In this document: piece by piece, positions 1 to 10,060 of the stretch | How positions within the stretch are numbered: the first letter of the stretch is position 1 | Layout: each line of letters begins with the position of its first letter | Source of the DNA: Thermoanaerobaculia bacterium | Lineage (GTDB): Bacteria > Acidobacteriota > Thermoanaerobaculia > Multivoradales > UBA5704 | Assembly: GCA_044226625.1 (NCBI GenBank) | Contig: JBGAGQ010000028.1 | Span: 6,282 to 70,281 of the forward strand | Length of the DNA: 64,000 bases | Direction of reading: 5' to 3' | Position numbers and translations under genes: made by a program | Notes under the pieces: model-generated | Database searches by the model: none | What the model saw: the letters and a program-made list of their open reading frames with translations, nothing else | What the model was told of the DNA's origin: nothing

Positions 1-2
1 TC

Positions 3-116
3 GACGAACGGTCGCGCACGTTCGAGGACAAGGACACCCCCCTCGACGACCTGATCTTGAAGCAGGGCTTGCGCCGCGTTCAGGCGGAGCCGGAAGCGGC
101 GAAGAAAGCCGCGTAG
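3..116 (+). CDS. partial CDS, 3' end only (gene starts upstream of the window); product not identifiable
   Basis: Frame +3 is open from the window edge to TAG 114-116. 33 of 37 codons end in G or C, like the neighbouring genes. Too short for a family call. Confidence 0.3.
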   Translation, partial: DERSRTFEDKDTPLDDLILKQGLRRVQAEPEAAKKAA

Positions 117-172
117 GCCGTTTCGGGCCTCGGGGCTGGGCCGCCGAGCGGTCCGCCCCGACCCTCTAAAGC

Positions 173-1192
173 ATGCCGCCCTACAAACGAAGCACCCAGC
201 GCACCTCCCCGAAGGGAAGCGGCCGTGGGTCGCGCTCCGGAAAATCGTCCGGCGGTTCGAGCGGGGGCTCGAACGGCGGTTCGAATGGCCGCCGCGCGAC
301 GATCGTCGTGCTCGGCCTGCTCGCCGCGCTGGCGGCGGTCTACCTCTCCTGCCAGACGCGGGGCGGGGAAGAGAAGACCGGCACCGGAAAAACGTCGCGA
401 GCCTCGACCGGACATACCGGCTCGGCCTCGTCGCGTGGCACGCGCGGCCAGGGCTCGAAACGCCACGGCGTGCCGGAGCAGGGCGGGGTGAGCTCGTCCG
501 TCCCCTCGGCGGCAGGGCCGCGGATCGCGATCGTCATCGACGACCTCGGCCGCGAAGAGACCGAGATCGAGGAGATCGAATCGTTCCAGGTGCCGATCAC
601 CTACTCGGTCCTCCCCTACGAGGAGCAGACGGGCGCGGTCGTGGCGGAGCTCGAGACGCGCGGCGAGGAGATGCTCTGCCACCTGCCGATGGAGCCCGAA
701 GGTGCGGGCGACCCGGGGCCCGGAGCACTCCTCTCGGCGATGACCGAGGCGGAGCTGGTCGAGGCCACCGATCGCGCGCTCGCGGCGGTACCGGGGGCCG
801 TGGGCGTGAACAACCACATGGGCTCCGGGCTCTCCGCGGACCCGCGGGCGATGCGCCCGGTGCTCGCGCGGCTGGCGAAGAAGCACCTGTTCTTCCTCGA
901 TTCCCGAACCAGCGCGAAGAGCGTCGGCTACCGCATGGCGATCGAGCTGGGGGTCCCGGCGGCGGAGCGGCAGGTGTTCCTCGACGACGTCGAAGAGCCC
1001 GCGGCGATCCGCGCCCAATTCGCCCGCCTGCTCGCGCTCGCCCGAAAGCGAGGGGCGGCGATCGCGATCGGCCACCCTCACCCCAACACCCTCGCGGTCC
1101 TCGCCGAGGAGATCCCGAAAGCGGTGGCGGACGGCTTCGAGATCGTCCCGGTAAGCTACCTGCTGGATCACCCGGGAGAGCTGCCGGAGTAG
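173..1192 (+). CDS. divergent polysaccharide deacetylase family protein (YibQ-like), membrane anchored
   Basis: 339-aa ORF with a Gly/Ser-rich N-terminus and one TM helix (IVVLGLLAALAAVYL). It then has IAIVIDDLG, VNNHMGS and IGHPHP blocks typical of YibQ-type deacetylases. Confidence 0.8.
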   Translation: MPPYKRSTQRTSPKGSGRGSRSGKSSGGSSGGSNGGSNGRRATIVVLGLLAALAAVYLSCQTRGGEEKTGTGKTSRASTGHTGSASSRGTRGQGSKRHGVPEQGGVSSSVPSAAGPRIAIVIDDLGREETEIEEIESFQVPITYSVLPYEEQTGAVVAELETRGEEMLCHLPMEPEGAGDPGPGALLSAMTEAELVEATDRALAAVPGAVGVNNHMGSGLSADPRAMRPVLARLAKKHLFFLDSRTSAKSVGYRMAIELGVPAAERQVFLDDVEEPAAIRAQFARLLALARKRGAAIAIGHPHPNTLAVLAEEIPKAVADGFEIVPVSYLLDHPGELPE

Positions 1193-1229
1193 GGGCGGCC
1201 GGACTTTCGAGGTTAGGGGGCCGCCGGAT

Positions 1230-3788
1230 TCACTCGTCGCGCAGCACTTCGATCGGCCGGCGTTCCAGAGCTCGTACGCTCGCCGCGAGGCCGGCGACCA
1301 CGGAGAGGGTGATCGCGAGGGCGAGCCCCAATCCGAGCCGTGGGAGGTCGATTTCGTAGGGGAGCTCGAAGCCCCGCGTGATGACCCCCCAGCTGATCGC
1401 CGCTCCGGCGGCCGTGCCGAGGAGGCCGGCGACGGCTCCGATCAGGGCGTATTCGACCGCAAACGCGGTCGCGACCTGCCGGCGCGTCATGCCGAGGGTC
1501 TTGAGCAGGGCGACCTCGCGTCCGCGCCGCACCGAGCCGGCACTGATCGCCCCGGCGAGGATGGCGATGCCGGACAGAGCGGTGAAGCCGCCGAGGAAGC
1601 GGACGCCGAGCCCGATCCGTTCGAGCACGCCGAGGATCTTGCTCAGGATCTCGCGGATGCGCAGGAAGGTGACGTTCGGGTACGCCGCGGCAAGGAGGTC
1701 CTGGACGCGCTGCTCGCTGCCGGTCGCGAGGCGGGCGGTCGCCACCCGCTGCTGCGGCGCCTGCTCGAGGACGCCGGGCTCGACCACCAGATAGAAGTTG
1801 ATGCCGAAGGTTCCCCAGTCGACCGTGCGCAGGCTGGTCACCACGAGGTCGATCGGCACCCCCTGGACGTCGAAACCGAGGTGGCTGCCGAGACCCACGC
1901 CGAGGTCCTCGGCGAACGACTGCTCGAGGCTCACCTCCCCCTGGCGGGGGTCGCTCCAGAGCTTGCCCGCGACGATCACGTTGTCGGCGGGGAGCTTCTC
2001 GAGGTAGGTGAGCCGCTGCTCGCGGGTGAGCGCCCAGCGCCGGCCGCGCTCCTCGCGGCTTTCGTTGTCGTCTCGTTCCGGGCGTCGTCCGCGCCGCTCG
2101 GCGGCGATCTGGTCGACGGGCCGGCCGTCGATCGAGCGGATGCGCGCCATCACGACGGGGACCGATTCGATCCGGTCAGCCCGAGAGCGGGTGAGGAGGG
2201 CGCGCACGCCCTCCCACTGCTCGGGCTGGATGTCGACCATGAACGCGCTCGGCGCGTTGGTCGGCAGGTCGCGCTTGAGCTCGTGGGAGATCCGGTGCTC
2301 GACCAGCGACATGGTGAGGACCGTGATCACGCCGAGCCCCAGGGCGACGATCGCACCGACCGTGGCGGCGCCCGGACGGACCAGTGCGCCGAGGCCGTGG
2401 CGTAGCGCGACGCTCGAAAATCGGGGCAGCTTGCCGATCGAGCGGGCGAGGCCGGTCGCCCCGGCGGCGAGCACCGCGGTCGCGAGGGAGAGCGCCCCGA
2501 CGAACTGGGCGGAGAGGAGCGGCGACTTGGTCTGAGCGTAGGTGAGCGCGAGCAGGCCCAGGGCGAGCGCCACGAACGCGAAAACCGCCGTCATGCGATG
2601 GACCGGCAGCGGCTCGGCGTCGCGGCGCAGCACGCGCGAGGGGGGGACGCGCAGCAGGCCGGCGAGCGGCGGCAGGCTGAACAGGAGCGCCACCCCGACC
2701 CCGAGCGCGAGGCCGCGCAGGAGCGCGCCGGGCTGCCAGGGCTGGATCAGCGCGGCGGGGACCAGGTCGCCGAACAGGCGGGGGATCGCGAGCTGGACGG
2801 CCACGCCGAGCGCGATTCCGATCAGGCTGCCGACGAGGCCGAGGAAGGCGGTCTGGCCGAGGTAGAGCGTGAGCACCTCGCGCGGCCGGAGGCCGAGGCA
2901 TTTGAGGATCGCGATCGCGTCCAGGCGTCCGGCGAGCCAGGCGCGCACGCTCTGGGCGACGCCGATGCCGCCGACGAACAGCGAGAGCAGGGCGACCAGG
3001 CCGAGGAAGCGGCCGACCTGCGCGAAGCTCCGGCGCAGCTGCGGCTGCGCCTGGCGATAGGTCTCGACGCGATAGGCCTCGTTGGCCGGCAGGGCGGCGC
3101 GCACGCGCTCGGCGAGCTTGTCGAGGCCCGCGGCCGGGGTGGAGCCGGGGACCGCGATGAGGGTCGTGTACGAGACGCGGCTCCCCTTTGCGATCAGCCC
3201 GGCGCGCGCGAGCCCCTCCATCGACAGGAACACCCGCGGGCCGAACGCCGCGCCGATGCCCACCCGGTCGGGCTCGGCCGAGACCTGGCCGGCGACGCGG
3301 AAATCCGCGGTGCCGATGCGGAAGACGAGCGGCGGACCGCCCGGCCGTTCGCGAAGCCCCAGGGCGCCGAGCAGCTCGGGCGCCACCACCGCCGTCTCGG
3401 GCGTGAGCAGCGCGGCGAGCGGCCGGTTTGGAACGACCGAGAGCTTGCCGTAGAACGGATAGCCGCGCTCGACGGCCTTGAGCTCGACGAGCTGGCTTCG
3501 GCCGGGTTTGCCGTCCTTGGGCGGCGCGGCGACGACGGTCACCATCTCGCGGACGGCGGCGGTCCGCGAGCCCGGGGGGAGCAGGCGGGAGAGGTCGAGC
3601 TCGGGAGGCAGCGCGCGGCGGCTTTCGATCGACAGATCGGCCGCGAGCAGCTGCCGCGCTTCCGAGCGGATGCCGGAGTCGAGCCCCGAGGCGAGCCCAG
3701 CGATCGCGACCACCGCGGCGACCCCCACGGCGAGGCAGGCGACGAAGAACGCGAAACGGCCGAACGCGCCGCGCGATTCGCGGAGCAT
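1230..3788 (-). CDS. ABC transporter permease, FtsX/MacB-type (YbbP-like)
   Basis: C-terminal 853 aa of the 1159-aa track ORF, starting MLRESRGAFGRFAFFVACLAV at ATG 3788. A TTG at 3815 overlapping the upstream stop is an alternative start. Repeated FtsX-like hydrophobic blocks. Lies directly downstream of the ATPase gene, as in E. coli ybbA-ybbP. Confidence 0.85.
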   Translation of the reverse strand: MLRESRGAFGRFAFFVACLAVGVAAVVAIAGLASGLDSGIRSEARQLLAADLSIESRRALPPELDLSRLLPPGSRTAAVREMVTVVAAPPKDGKPGRSQLVELKAVERGYPFYGKLSVVPNRPLAALLTPETAVVAPELLGALGLRERPGGPPLVFRIGTADFRVAGQVSAEPDRVGIGAAFGPRVFLSMEGLARAGLIAKGSRVSYTTLIAVPGSTPAAGLDKLAERVRAALPANEAYRVETYRQAQPQLRRSFAQVGRFLGLVALLSLFVGGIGVAQSVRAWLAGRLDAIAILKCLGLRPREVLTLYLGQTAFLGLVGSLIGIALGVAVQLAIPRLFGDLVPAALIQPWQPGALLRGLALGVGVALLFSLPPLAGLLRVPPSRVLRRDAEPLPVHRMTAVFAFVALALGLLALTYAQTKSPLLSAQFVGALSLATAVLAAGATGLARSIGKLPRFSSVALRHGLGALVRPGAATVGAIVALGLGVITVLTMSLVEHRISHELKRDLPTNAPSAFMVDIQPEQWEGVRALLTRSRADRIESVPVVMARIRSIDGRPVDQIAAERRGRRPERDDNESREERGRRWALTREQRLTYLEKLPADNVIVAGKLWSDPRQGEVSLEQSFAEDLGVGLGSHLGFDVQGVPIDLVVTSLRTVDWGTFGINFYLVVEPGVLEQAPQQRVATARLATGSEQRVQDLLAAAYPNVTFLRIREILSKILGVLERIGLGVRFLGGFTALSGIAILAGAISAGSVRRGREVALLKTLGMTRRQVATAFAVEYALIGAVAGLLGTAAGAAISWGVITRGFELPYEIDLPRLGLGLALAITLSVVAGLAASVRALERRPIEVLRDE

Positions 3789-3811
3789 CCAGGTCAGGAG
3801 GGTGCGCGGCT

Positions 3812-4582
<771 letters not shown>

Positions 4583-4633
4583 GGGGGTCTTTCGTGAGAC
4601 TTCCTAACCGTTCCCGCCCCTCGGGCATTTCCC

Positions 4634-5488
4634 ATGGGGCGGCGAGGTTACGATGGGGCGATGAAAAATTCCGACACGCTCCCAGGGAGACAGTACGTTT
4701 CAATTCCACTCGGTCTTACTCGGCTGGCTCGGCTCGCGGTGTTTTCCGGATTCGCCGGGTTTGCTGTCCTCTCGCTCGGCGCCTGCGGCCGATCCAATGA
4801 AAAGGTCGACGAACCGGCCGCGAAGGTCTCGCAGGATGCGGCCCCCGTGGCCTCGACGGTTGAGGAACCGGCCGGTGCCGCCCCCTCGGCCGCTTCTCTC
4901 GCCTCTCCGGGCTCGGCCCCGCCGAAGGTGCTGTTCGTGGGCGACAGCCTCACCGCCGGGCTTGGCGTGTCGGTCGAAGAGGCGTTCCCTGCGCGGGTGG
5001 GGGAGATCCTCGCCGCCGAGGGGCACCCGATCCAGGTAATCAACGCCGGGGTGAGCGGCGACGTGAGCGCCGGCGGTGTGAGTCGCATCGATTGGTTGTT
5101 GCGGCAGAAGCCGGCGGTCGTGGTGGTCGAGCTGGGCGCCAACGACGCCCTCCGCGGCCAGCCGCTCGCGGATCTCGAAAAGAACCTGCGCGCGGTCGTC
5201 GAGCGCTCCCAGGCGGCCGGGGCGAAGGTCCTGATCCTGGGCATGAGGATCCCGCCCAACTACGGCAAGGACTACGCGGACGGCTTCGAGGCGATCTTCC
5301 CCCGGGTGGCCGAGGCGACCGGCTCGGCTCTCGTCCCGTTCCTCTTGGAGGGGGTGGGAGGAGAGCCGGAGCTCAACCAGGCGGACGGCATCCATCCGAC
5401 CGTCGAGGGGCATCGGATCTTGGCGAAAACCGTCGCCCCATACCTCGCCCGCGTGCTCGAGTCGCTCGGCACGCTCGAGAGAAAGTGA
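4634..5488 (+). CDS. SGNH/GDSL hydrolase, TesA-like (arylesterase/lysophospholipase type), probable lipoprotein
   Basis: FVGDSLTAGLG (block I), GANDALRG (block III), DGIHPT (block V). Possible lipobox LSLGAC. Divergent from the ybbA-like gene, as in E. coli tesA/ybbAP. ATG 4661 is an alternative start. Confidence 0.85.
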   Translation: MGRRGYDGAMKNSDTLPGRQYVSIPLGLTRLARLAVFSGFAGFAVLSLGACGRSNEKVDEPAAKVSQDAAPVASTVEEPAGAAPSAASLASPGSAPPKVLFVGDSLTAGLGVSVEEAFPARVGEILAAEGHPIQVINAGVSGDVSAGGVSRIDWLLRQKPAVVVVELGANDALRGQPLADLEKNLRAVVERSQAAGAKVLILGMRIPPNYGKDYADGFEAIFPRVAEATGSALVPFLLEGVGGEPELNQADGIHPTVEGHRILAKTVAPYLARVLESLGTLERK

Positions 5489-5532
5489 TCGCGCCTCTTG
5501 TGATGAGCGGAGATCACGAGTATCATTTCGAC

Positions 5533-6138
5533 ATGAGCGACCGACCGTATCCGACCGGCTCGGCGTACGCCGGAGAAATCGCCGAATCGGTGGCCCTGGC
5601 CTACGGCGAGAGCCCCTGGCCGAAGGCGGACCTGATCGCCCTCGTCCGCTCCCTGCTCCAGGCCGAGTCAGTCAGCCGGCGGAGCGCCGCGACGCTGATC
5701 GAGGCGATGCTGCCGGATATGCCCGTGCCCAGCCCGGCGGCGGTGCTCCAGGCGCGGCGCAACGCGGCGGCCCGCGACCAACTACTGCGCGAGTTCGGGG
5801 GGCTGTCGAGCCGCGAGGTGGCGGAACGGGCGGGGTCGCGCGCGCGGAACCGGGCGGCCCTCGCGAACCGGTGGAAGCAGGAGGGGCGGATCTTCTCCGT
5901 ACTCCACCGCGGGGCCGAGGTCTTTCCCGGATACCAGTTCGACGAGCAGGGGCAGCCGCTCGCCGCGGTGCGCGACGTCGCCGTGGCCCTCTCGGGCCGG
6001 TCGTCGTGGGAGCTCGCCCTCTGGTTCGCGGCCGACAACGGTTGGCTGGAGGGACGCAGGCCCGTCGACCTTCTGGAGACGGAGCCGGAGGCCGTCGCGG
6101 CGGCGGCCGGGCGCGCGGCGGAGGGGATCGTCTTCTGA
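5533..6138 (+). CDS. antitoxin of a RES-Xre type II toxin-antitoxin pair (MbcA/ParS-like, DUF2384-type C-terminal domain)
   Basis: Only the last ~201 aa of the 348-aa track ORF look like protein (MSDRPYPTGSAYAGE...). The upstream part is an Arg/Gly-rich overlap of the tesA-like gene. The C-terminus (WLEGRRPVDLLETEPEAV) resembles the RES-toxin-binding domain. The gene is immediately followed by a RES gene. Confidence 0.7.
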   Translation: MSDRPYPTGSAYAGEIAESVALAYGESPWPKADLIALVRSLLQAESVSRRSAATLIEAMLPDMPVPSPAAVLQARRNAAARDQLLREFGGLSSREVAERAGSRARNRAALANRWKQEGRIFSVLHRGAEVFPGYQFDEQGQPLAAVRDVAVALSGRSSWELALWFAADNGWLEGRRPVDLLETEPEAVAAAAGRAAEGIVF

Positions 6139-6788
6139 CCTCGACCGAAGGAACCCGACCCCGGCTCCCTTCACCGCCCGAAACGCTCGATCCTCTGACC
6201 GAGATCTGGACCCCCGGCGAGCCCGTCGTGCGTTGTCACGACGGGCGTTTCGGCGCGACGGAGTTCAACCCGGGGTTTGGGGCCGGGCGGTTCCATCCGT
6301 TCGACGACGGGCGGGGAAGGGCCGTTCCGACGATTTATGGGGCCTCCTCGTTCGACGGGGCGCTTTCGGAGACGCTCTTCCACGACGTTCCGCTCGGCGG
6401 TGGGTTCCGGATCGTCGAACGCTCCGCCCTGCGGCCGCTCCTGATCTCGGTCGTGGGGGCGCGCCGGCCGCTCCGTTTCGCCCAGCTCCACGGGTTCGGC
6501 CTCAGTCGCCTCGGGGTGAGGCGCGTCGACCTGATCGAGTCGGAGGCCTCCTCCTACCGGGCGACGGCCGCTTGGGCCTCGGCGCTCCACGCTTCGTCCG
6601 AGCGGTTCGATGGGCTGGTCTGGATCTCCCGACAGCACGACACCTCACGGGCGGTCGTCCTGTTCGGCGACCGGGTCGAGCGGCGGGACCTCGAAATGGT
6701 GGACGCCCCGATGCCTCTCTACCTGGGCGCCGGCTATCTTCGGGTGCTCGAGGCCGCCGAGGCGGCGGGAATCACGATCGTCGAGTGA
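6135..6788 (+). CDS. RES domain toxin (MbcT/ParT-like NAD+-targeting family)
   Basis: R/E/S signature seen in GAGRFHP, LSETLFH and VWISRQHD, followed by AVVLFGDRV. The 5' end is uncertain, because no ATG/GTG/TTG precedes the conserved N-terminal block. The coordinate given is a CTG overlapping the antitoxin stop (CTGA). Confidence 0.7.
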   Translation: MTSTEGTRPRLPSPPETLDPLTEIWTPGEPVVRCHDGRFGATEFNPGFGAGRFHPFDDGRGRAVPTIYGASSFDGALSETLFHDVPLGGGFRIVERSALRPLLISVVGARRPLRFAQLHGFGLSRLGVRRVDLIESEASSYRATAAWASALHASSERFDGLVWISRQHDTSRAVVLFGDRVERRDLEMVDAPMPLYLGAGYLRVLEAAEAAGITIVE

Positions 6789-6789
6789 G

Positions 6790-7611
6790 CTAAAGACCCG
6801 ACCGTTTCGCCTCGTTCCAAAGTGCGTCCATCTCCTCGAGCGTAGCGTCGGCCGGGCTTTTGCCCGCCGCGGCGAGGCCGGCCTCGATCGCCTCGAACCG
6901 GCGGCGGAACTTCAGGTTCGCCCGCGCGAGGGCCGCCTCGGGATCGAGGTCGAGCTTGCGGCCGAGATTCGCCAGGGTGAACAGGAGGTCGCCGAGCTCT
7001 TCGGCGATGGCTTCGCGACTTGCGTCGCGCGTCGCCTCCCGGTCCGTGGATTCCTCGCCGCGCTCGAGCGCTTGGCGGAGCTCCCCCAGTTCTTCCTCCA
7101 CCTTGTCCAGGACCGAGGAGGCGTCCGGCCAGTCGAAGCCGACCCCTGCGGCCTTCTGGGTCAGCCGGTAGGAGGAGAGCAGGGCGGGAAGCGAGGCGGA
7201 GACCCCGGCGAGCACCGAACGGCCCGGATCTTTTTTCACCTTCCGCCGCTCCCAGGCCTCGCGCACCGCCTGGGCGTCGGAAAGGCTCGCTCGGTCCTCC
7301 TCGGCGCCGAAGACGTGGGGGTGCCGGGCGACCATCTTCGCGTGCACTCCCTCGATCGCCTGGGCGAGCTCGAACGCCCCGGCCTCCTCGGCGAGGCGGC
7401 CGATGAACGCGACCTGGAACAGGAGGTCGCCGAGCTCCGCGGCCACCTCCTCCCAATCGCCGGAGTCGATCGCGCCCGCCGTTTCATGGGCCTCTTCGAG
7501 CAGGTAGGCTCGAACATCCGCGAGCGACTGCTCGCGGTCCCACGGGCAGCCGTCCGGCGCGCGGAGGCGGGCGACGAGGTCGACGAGCTTCTGGAGGTCG
7601 GGGGCGGGCAT
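6790..7611 (-). CDS. mazG: nucleoside triphosphate pyrophosphohydrolase MazG
   Basis: 273 aa with two MazG repeats: CPWDREQS, LLEEAHE...ELGDLLFQV and EELGELRQA...EELGDLLFTL. Confidence 0.9.
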   Translation of the reverse strand: MPAPDLQKLVDLVARLRAPDGCPWDREQSLADVRAYLLEEAHETAGAIDSGDWEEVAAELGDLLFQVAFIGRLAEEAGAFELAQAIEGVHAKMVARHPHVFGAEEDRASLSDAQAVREAWERRKVKKDPGRSVLAGVSASLPALLSSYRLTQKAAGVGFDWPDASSVLDKVEEELGELRQALERGEESTDREATRDASREAIAEELGDLLFTLANLGRKLDLDPEAALARANLKFRRRFEAIEAGLAAAGKSPADATLEEMDALWNEAKRSGL

Positions 7612-7787
7612 GGATTGGAAGGGCGAAGGGCCGGAGACGCCGTAGATTGCCGGGGCGGCCTTATGATCGCCTCTACGAATCGACTTGCCGCGGGAGATTT
7701 GCGCTTGCTACGCTTTTTGTCAACGTTCGTACCTCGTTTCCCCCCTTCCACGCCGAGCTGGCTTTCGAAAGATGGGGTCCTCGCCCC

Positions 7788-8294
7788 GTGAGCGACGAAA
7801 AGATCAAGGTCACCGACAAGAGGATGTTCACGGCGGACGGCAAGCTTCGGGAGGAATACAGCTTCCTCGCCGAGCCCCGCGCGGCCGAGCCGGAGGTTGC
7901 CGAGACCGGCGCTCCCGAGGCGCCGACTCCTGCCGCTTCACCCGCTGCCCCGGCCCCTGTCGGGGCGGCCGCTACGCCGCCTCAAGGCCCTCCGGGACGC
8001 GGCGAGGAGGGCGGGAGCGCCCGCCTGGAGCTTCCCGGTACGCCGCCCGGCCTCGGTCGGCCGACGTTTTACGACCTGGTGAGCCTGCTCGCCGAGCCGA
8101 TCGCCATCTATCTCGGCGACCTCGAGCTTCCGACCGGCGAGTCGGCCGAGAATCTGGAGATGGCGCGGCTGCACATCGACCTGCTGGACGTCCTCCGGCA
8201 GAAGACGGCCGGGCATTTGAGCGTCCAGGAGGCCGCCTACCTCGAAGACCTCCTCTATCGCTCCCGGGTTCGCTATGTCCAAAAGCGGGGCTGA
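7788..8294 (+). CDS. DUF1844 domain protein
   Basis: C-terminal block PTFYDLVSLLAEPIAIYLGD...MARLHIDLLDVLRQKTAGHLSVQEAAYLEDLLYRSRVRYV is typical of DUF1844. I prefer GTG 7788 (VSDEKIKVTDKRMF) to the track start 7647. Confidence 0.65.
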   Translation: MSDEKIKVTDKRMFTADGKLREEYSFLAEPRAAEPEVAETGAPEAPTPAASPAAPAPVGAAATPPQGPPGRGEEGGSARLELPGTPPGLGRPTFYDLVSLLAEPIAIYLGDLELPTGESAENLEMARLHIDLLDVLRQKTAGHLSVQEAAYLEDLLYRSRVRYVQKRG

Positions 8295-10038
8295 GGCCCA
8301 GCCTCGTCGCGCGCTCGCCGTCCTCGGGGGCCTGGCGGTCCTGGCGGCGTTCCTCGGTCTGGGGGATGTCCGGCCGGCCGCCGCCGCGCTCGACGAGCCA
8401 CGCTTCGAGCTAGGCGACCCCGTGTCGCGCACCCTCCATCAGACCCAGGACCAGGCGGTGCAGTGGCTGGTCCAGGGCGATCCCGACAAGTCCGTCGACC
8501 GGGTGACCGACCTGCTCGAGACGACCCGCGGTCTCGGTTTCGCGCGCATCCCGGATCTCGCCCGCGGCGCGCTCCTGCGCGCGGTCGACGGCGCCCGCAA
8601 GGGAGATTTCGACCTCTCTCGCCAGGCGCTCGCCGCGGCGGAACGGTTCGATCCCGGCCGTCCGGAGATCTCGTTCGCCGCCGCGACCGTGGCGCGGATC
8701 GGCGGCCGGTATCCGACCGCGGTCGGCCAGACCTTCGTCGGCGTCTGGAGGGTCCTCACCTGGCCTTTCGAGCGTCGATTGTTTCTCGAGGGAATGTTGG
8801 TCTGGGCGTTGTGGCTGCTGCTCGCCGCGGCCGCCCTCTTCGTCGCGATCCAGTTCGCGGCTAAGGGCGGCGCGTTGCTCGCGGACGTCGGCCGGATCTT
8901 CTCCGCCCGATCGAGTCGCTTCTCCCTGCCGTTCGCGGTCGCCGTCGCGGTCTGGCCGCTCGTCCTGCCGACCGGCCTGATCTGGCTCGTGCTCTGGTGG
9001 TCGGTGCTGCTCTGGGGCTACGCCTCGGTGAGCGAGCGGGTGGTGCTCGCGAGCGCCTGGGCCCTCCTCGCGATCGCTTCGCCGGTGCTCTCCGAGCAGC
9101 GCCAGCGCCTGGCGATCGCTCTCTCCCCGCCGGCCCTCGCTCTCGACAGCCTGGAGCGCCGGGAGCTTTCGGGCGATCTGTTCAACGACCTCGGCACGCT
9201 CAGGACCCTGCTGCCGGAGAGCGTCGCGGTCCGTCAACTGGTCGCCGACGTCCACCGTCGGCTCGGTCAGTGGGAGCCGGCCCGAGAACTCTACCTGGAA
9301 GTGATCCAAAAGGAGCCGCGCAACTCCTCCGCCCTGGTGGACGTCGGTTCCTATTATCTGGTGCGCCACGAATACGAGCAGGCGATCGAACAGTACAAGC
9401 GGGCGGGCGAGGTGGACTTGCAGAGCGCCGAGGCGCAGTACAACTTGTCGTGGGCCTACCGCGGCTCGTACCGGTTCCAGGAAGCCGAGCGCGCCGACGC
9501 CGAGGCCCGGACGCGCGACCGCGCGAAGGTCGAGGGGTGGGTCCAGCGAGCCGAGCGGGTGGTGACGCTCGACGGCGGATTCGATCGCATTCCCGAGATC
9601 CGCGCCCAGCTCGAGGAGAAGCTCGCGAGCCCCGCCGCCTCCCGGCGTGGACGGGGGGATCTCCTGCGACGGTTCGGCACCGCGGGCGTCGCGCTCTCCC
9701 TGCTGCTCGTGGCGGTGGCGCTCGACGCGATCCGGCGGAACCGCTCCGGCTATAGCGACGTTCCGCTCGCGGTGAAGGTCGGTTCGCGTCCCTCGCAGCG
9801 TTGGCTTCGGGTCCTCCTGCCCGGCTTGCCGTCGGCGGAGGTGGGGGACGGCCTACGTGGGTTCGGGGCGATGCTCGGCGCCCTCGCCTTCATCTCGATT
9901 CCGTTCCTGCCTCGGCTCGGATTCCGTCTCCCCGGGGGCTTCGGGCTCGGTCAGGGGACCGCCTGGACGCTGATGCTCCTCGGCCTCGCCGTGTTCTACT
10001 TCGCACGCTACCGCTTCGATCTGGCGAACGAGATCTGA
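8275..10038 (+). CDS. multi-pass membrane protein with TPR repeats
   Basis: 587 aa with a signal-like N-terminus and several hydrophobic helices. TPR-like segment (ARELYLEVIQKEPRNSSALVDVGSYYLVRHEYEQAIEQYKRAGEVD). GC3-rich codons. Confidence 0.65.
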   Translation: MSKSGAEAQPRRALAVLGGLAVLAAFLGLGDVRPAAAALDEPRFELGDPVSRTLHQTQDQAVQWLVQGDPDKSVDRVTDLLETTRGLGFARIPDLARGALLRAVDGARKGDFDLSRQALAAAERFDPGRPEISFAAATVARIGGRYPTAVGQTFVGVWRVLTWPFERRLFLEGMLVWALWLLLAAAALFVAIQFAAKGGALLADVGRIFSARSSRFSLPFAVAVAVWPLVLPTGLIWLVLWWSVLLWGYASVSERVVLASAWALLAIASPVLSEQRQRLAIALSPPALALDSLERRELSGDLFNDLGTLRTLLPESVAVRQLVADVHRRLGQWEPARELYLEVIQKEPRNSSALVDVGSYYLVRHEYEQAIEQYKRAGEVDLQSAEAQYNLSWAYRGSYRFQEAERADAEARTRDRAKVEGWVQRAERVVTLDGGFDRIPEIRAQLEEKLASPAASRRGRGDLLRRFGTAGVALSLLLVAVALDAIRRNRSGYSDVPLAVKVGSRPSQRWLRVLLPGLPSAEVGDGLRGFGAMLGALAFISIPFLPRLGFRLPGGFGLGQGTAWTLMLLGLAVFYFARYRFDLANEI

Positions 10039-10060
10039 GGCGCCCGAAGGCGAGATCCAG

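Noticed and set aside
5092-6138. 348-aa version of the antitoxin ORF
   Set aside because: The first ~147 residues are Arg/Gly-rich and overlap the 3' half of the tesA-like gene out of frame. Plausible protein starts at ATG 5533.
5533-7611. mazG next to a TA pair as a mazEF-mazG-like functional unit
   Set aside because: mazG is convergent to the RES-Xre pair and belongs to a different transcription unit. The TA family is unrelated to MazEF, so the adjacency is most likely coincidental.
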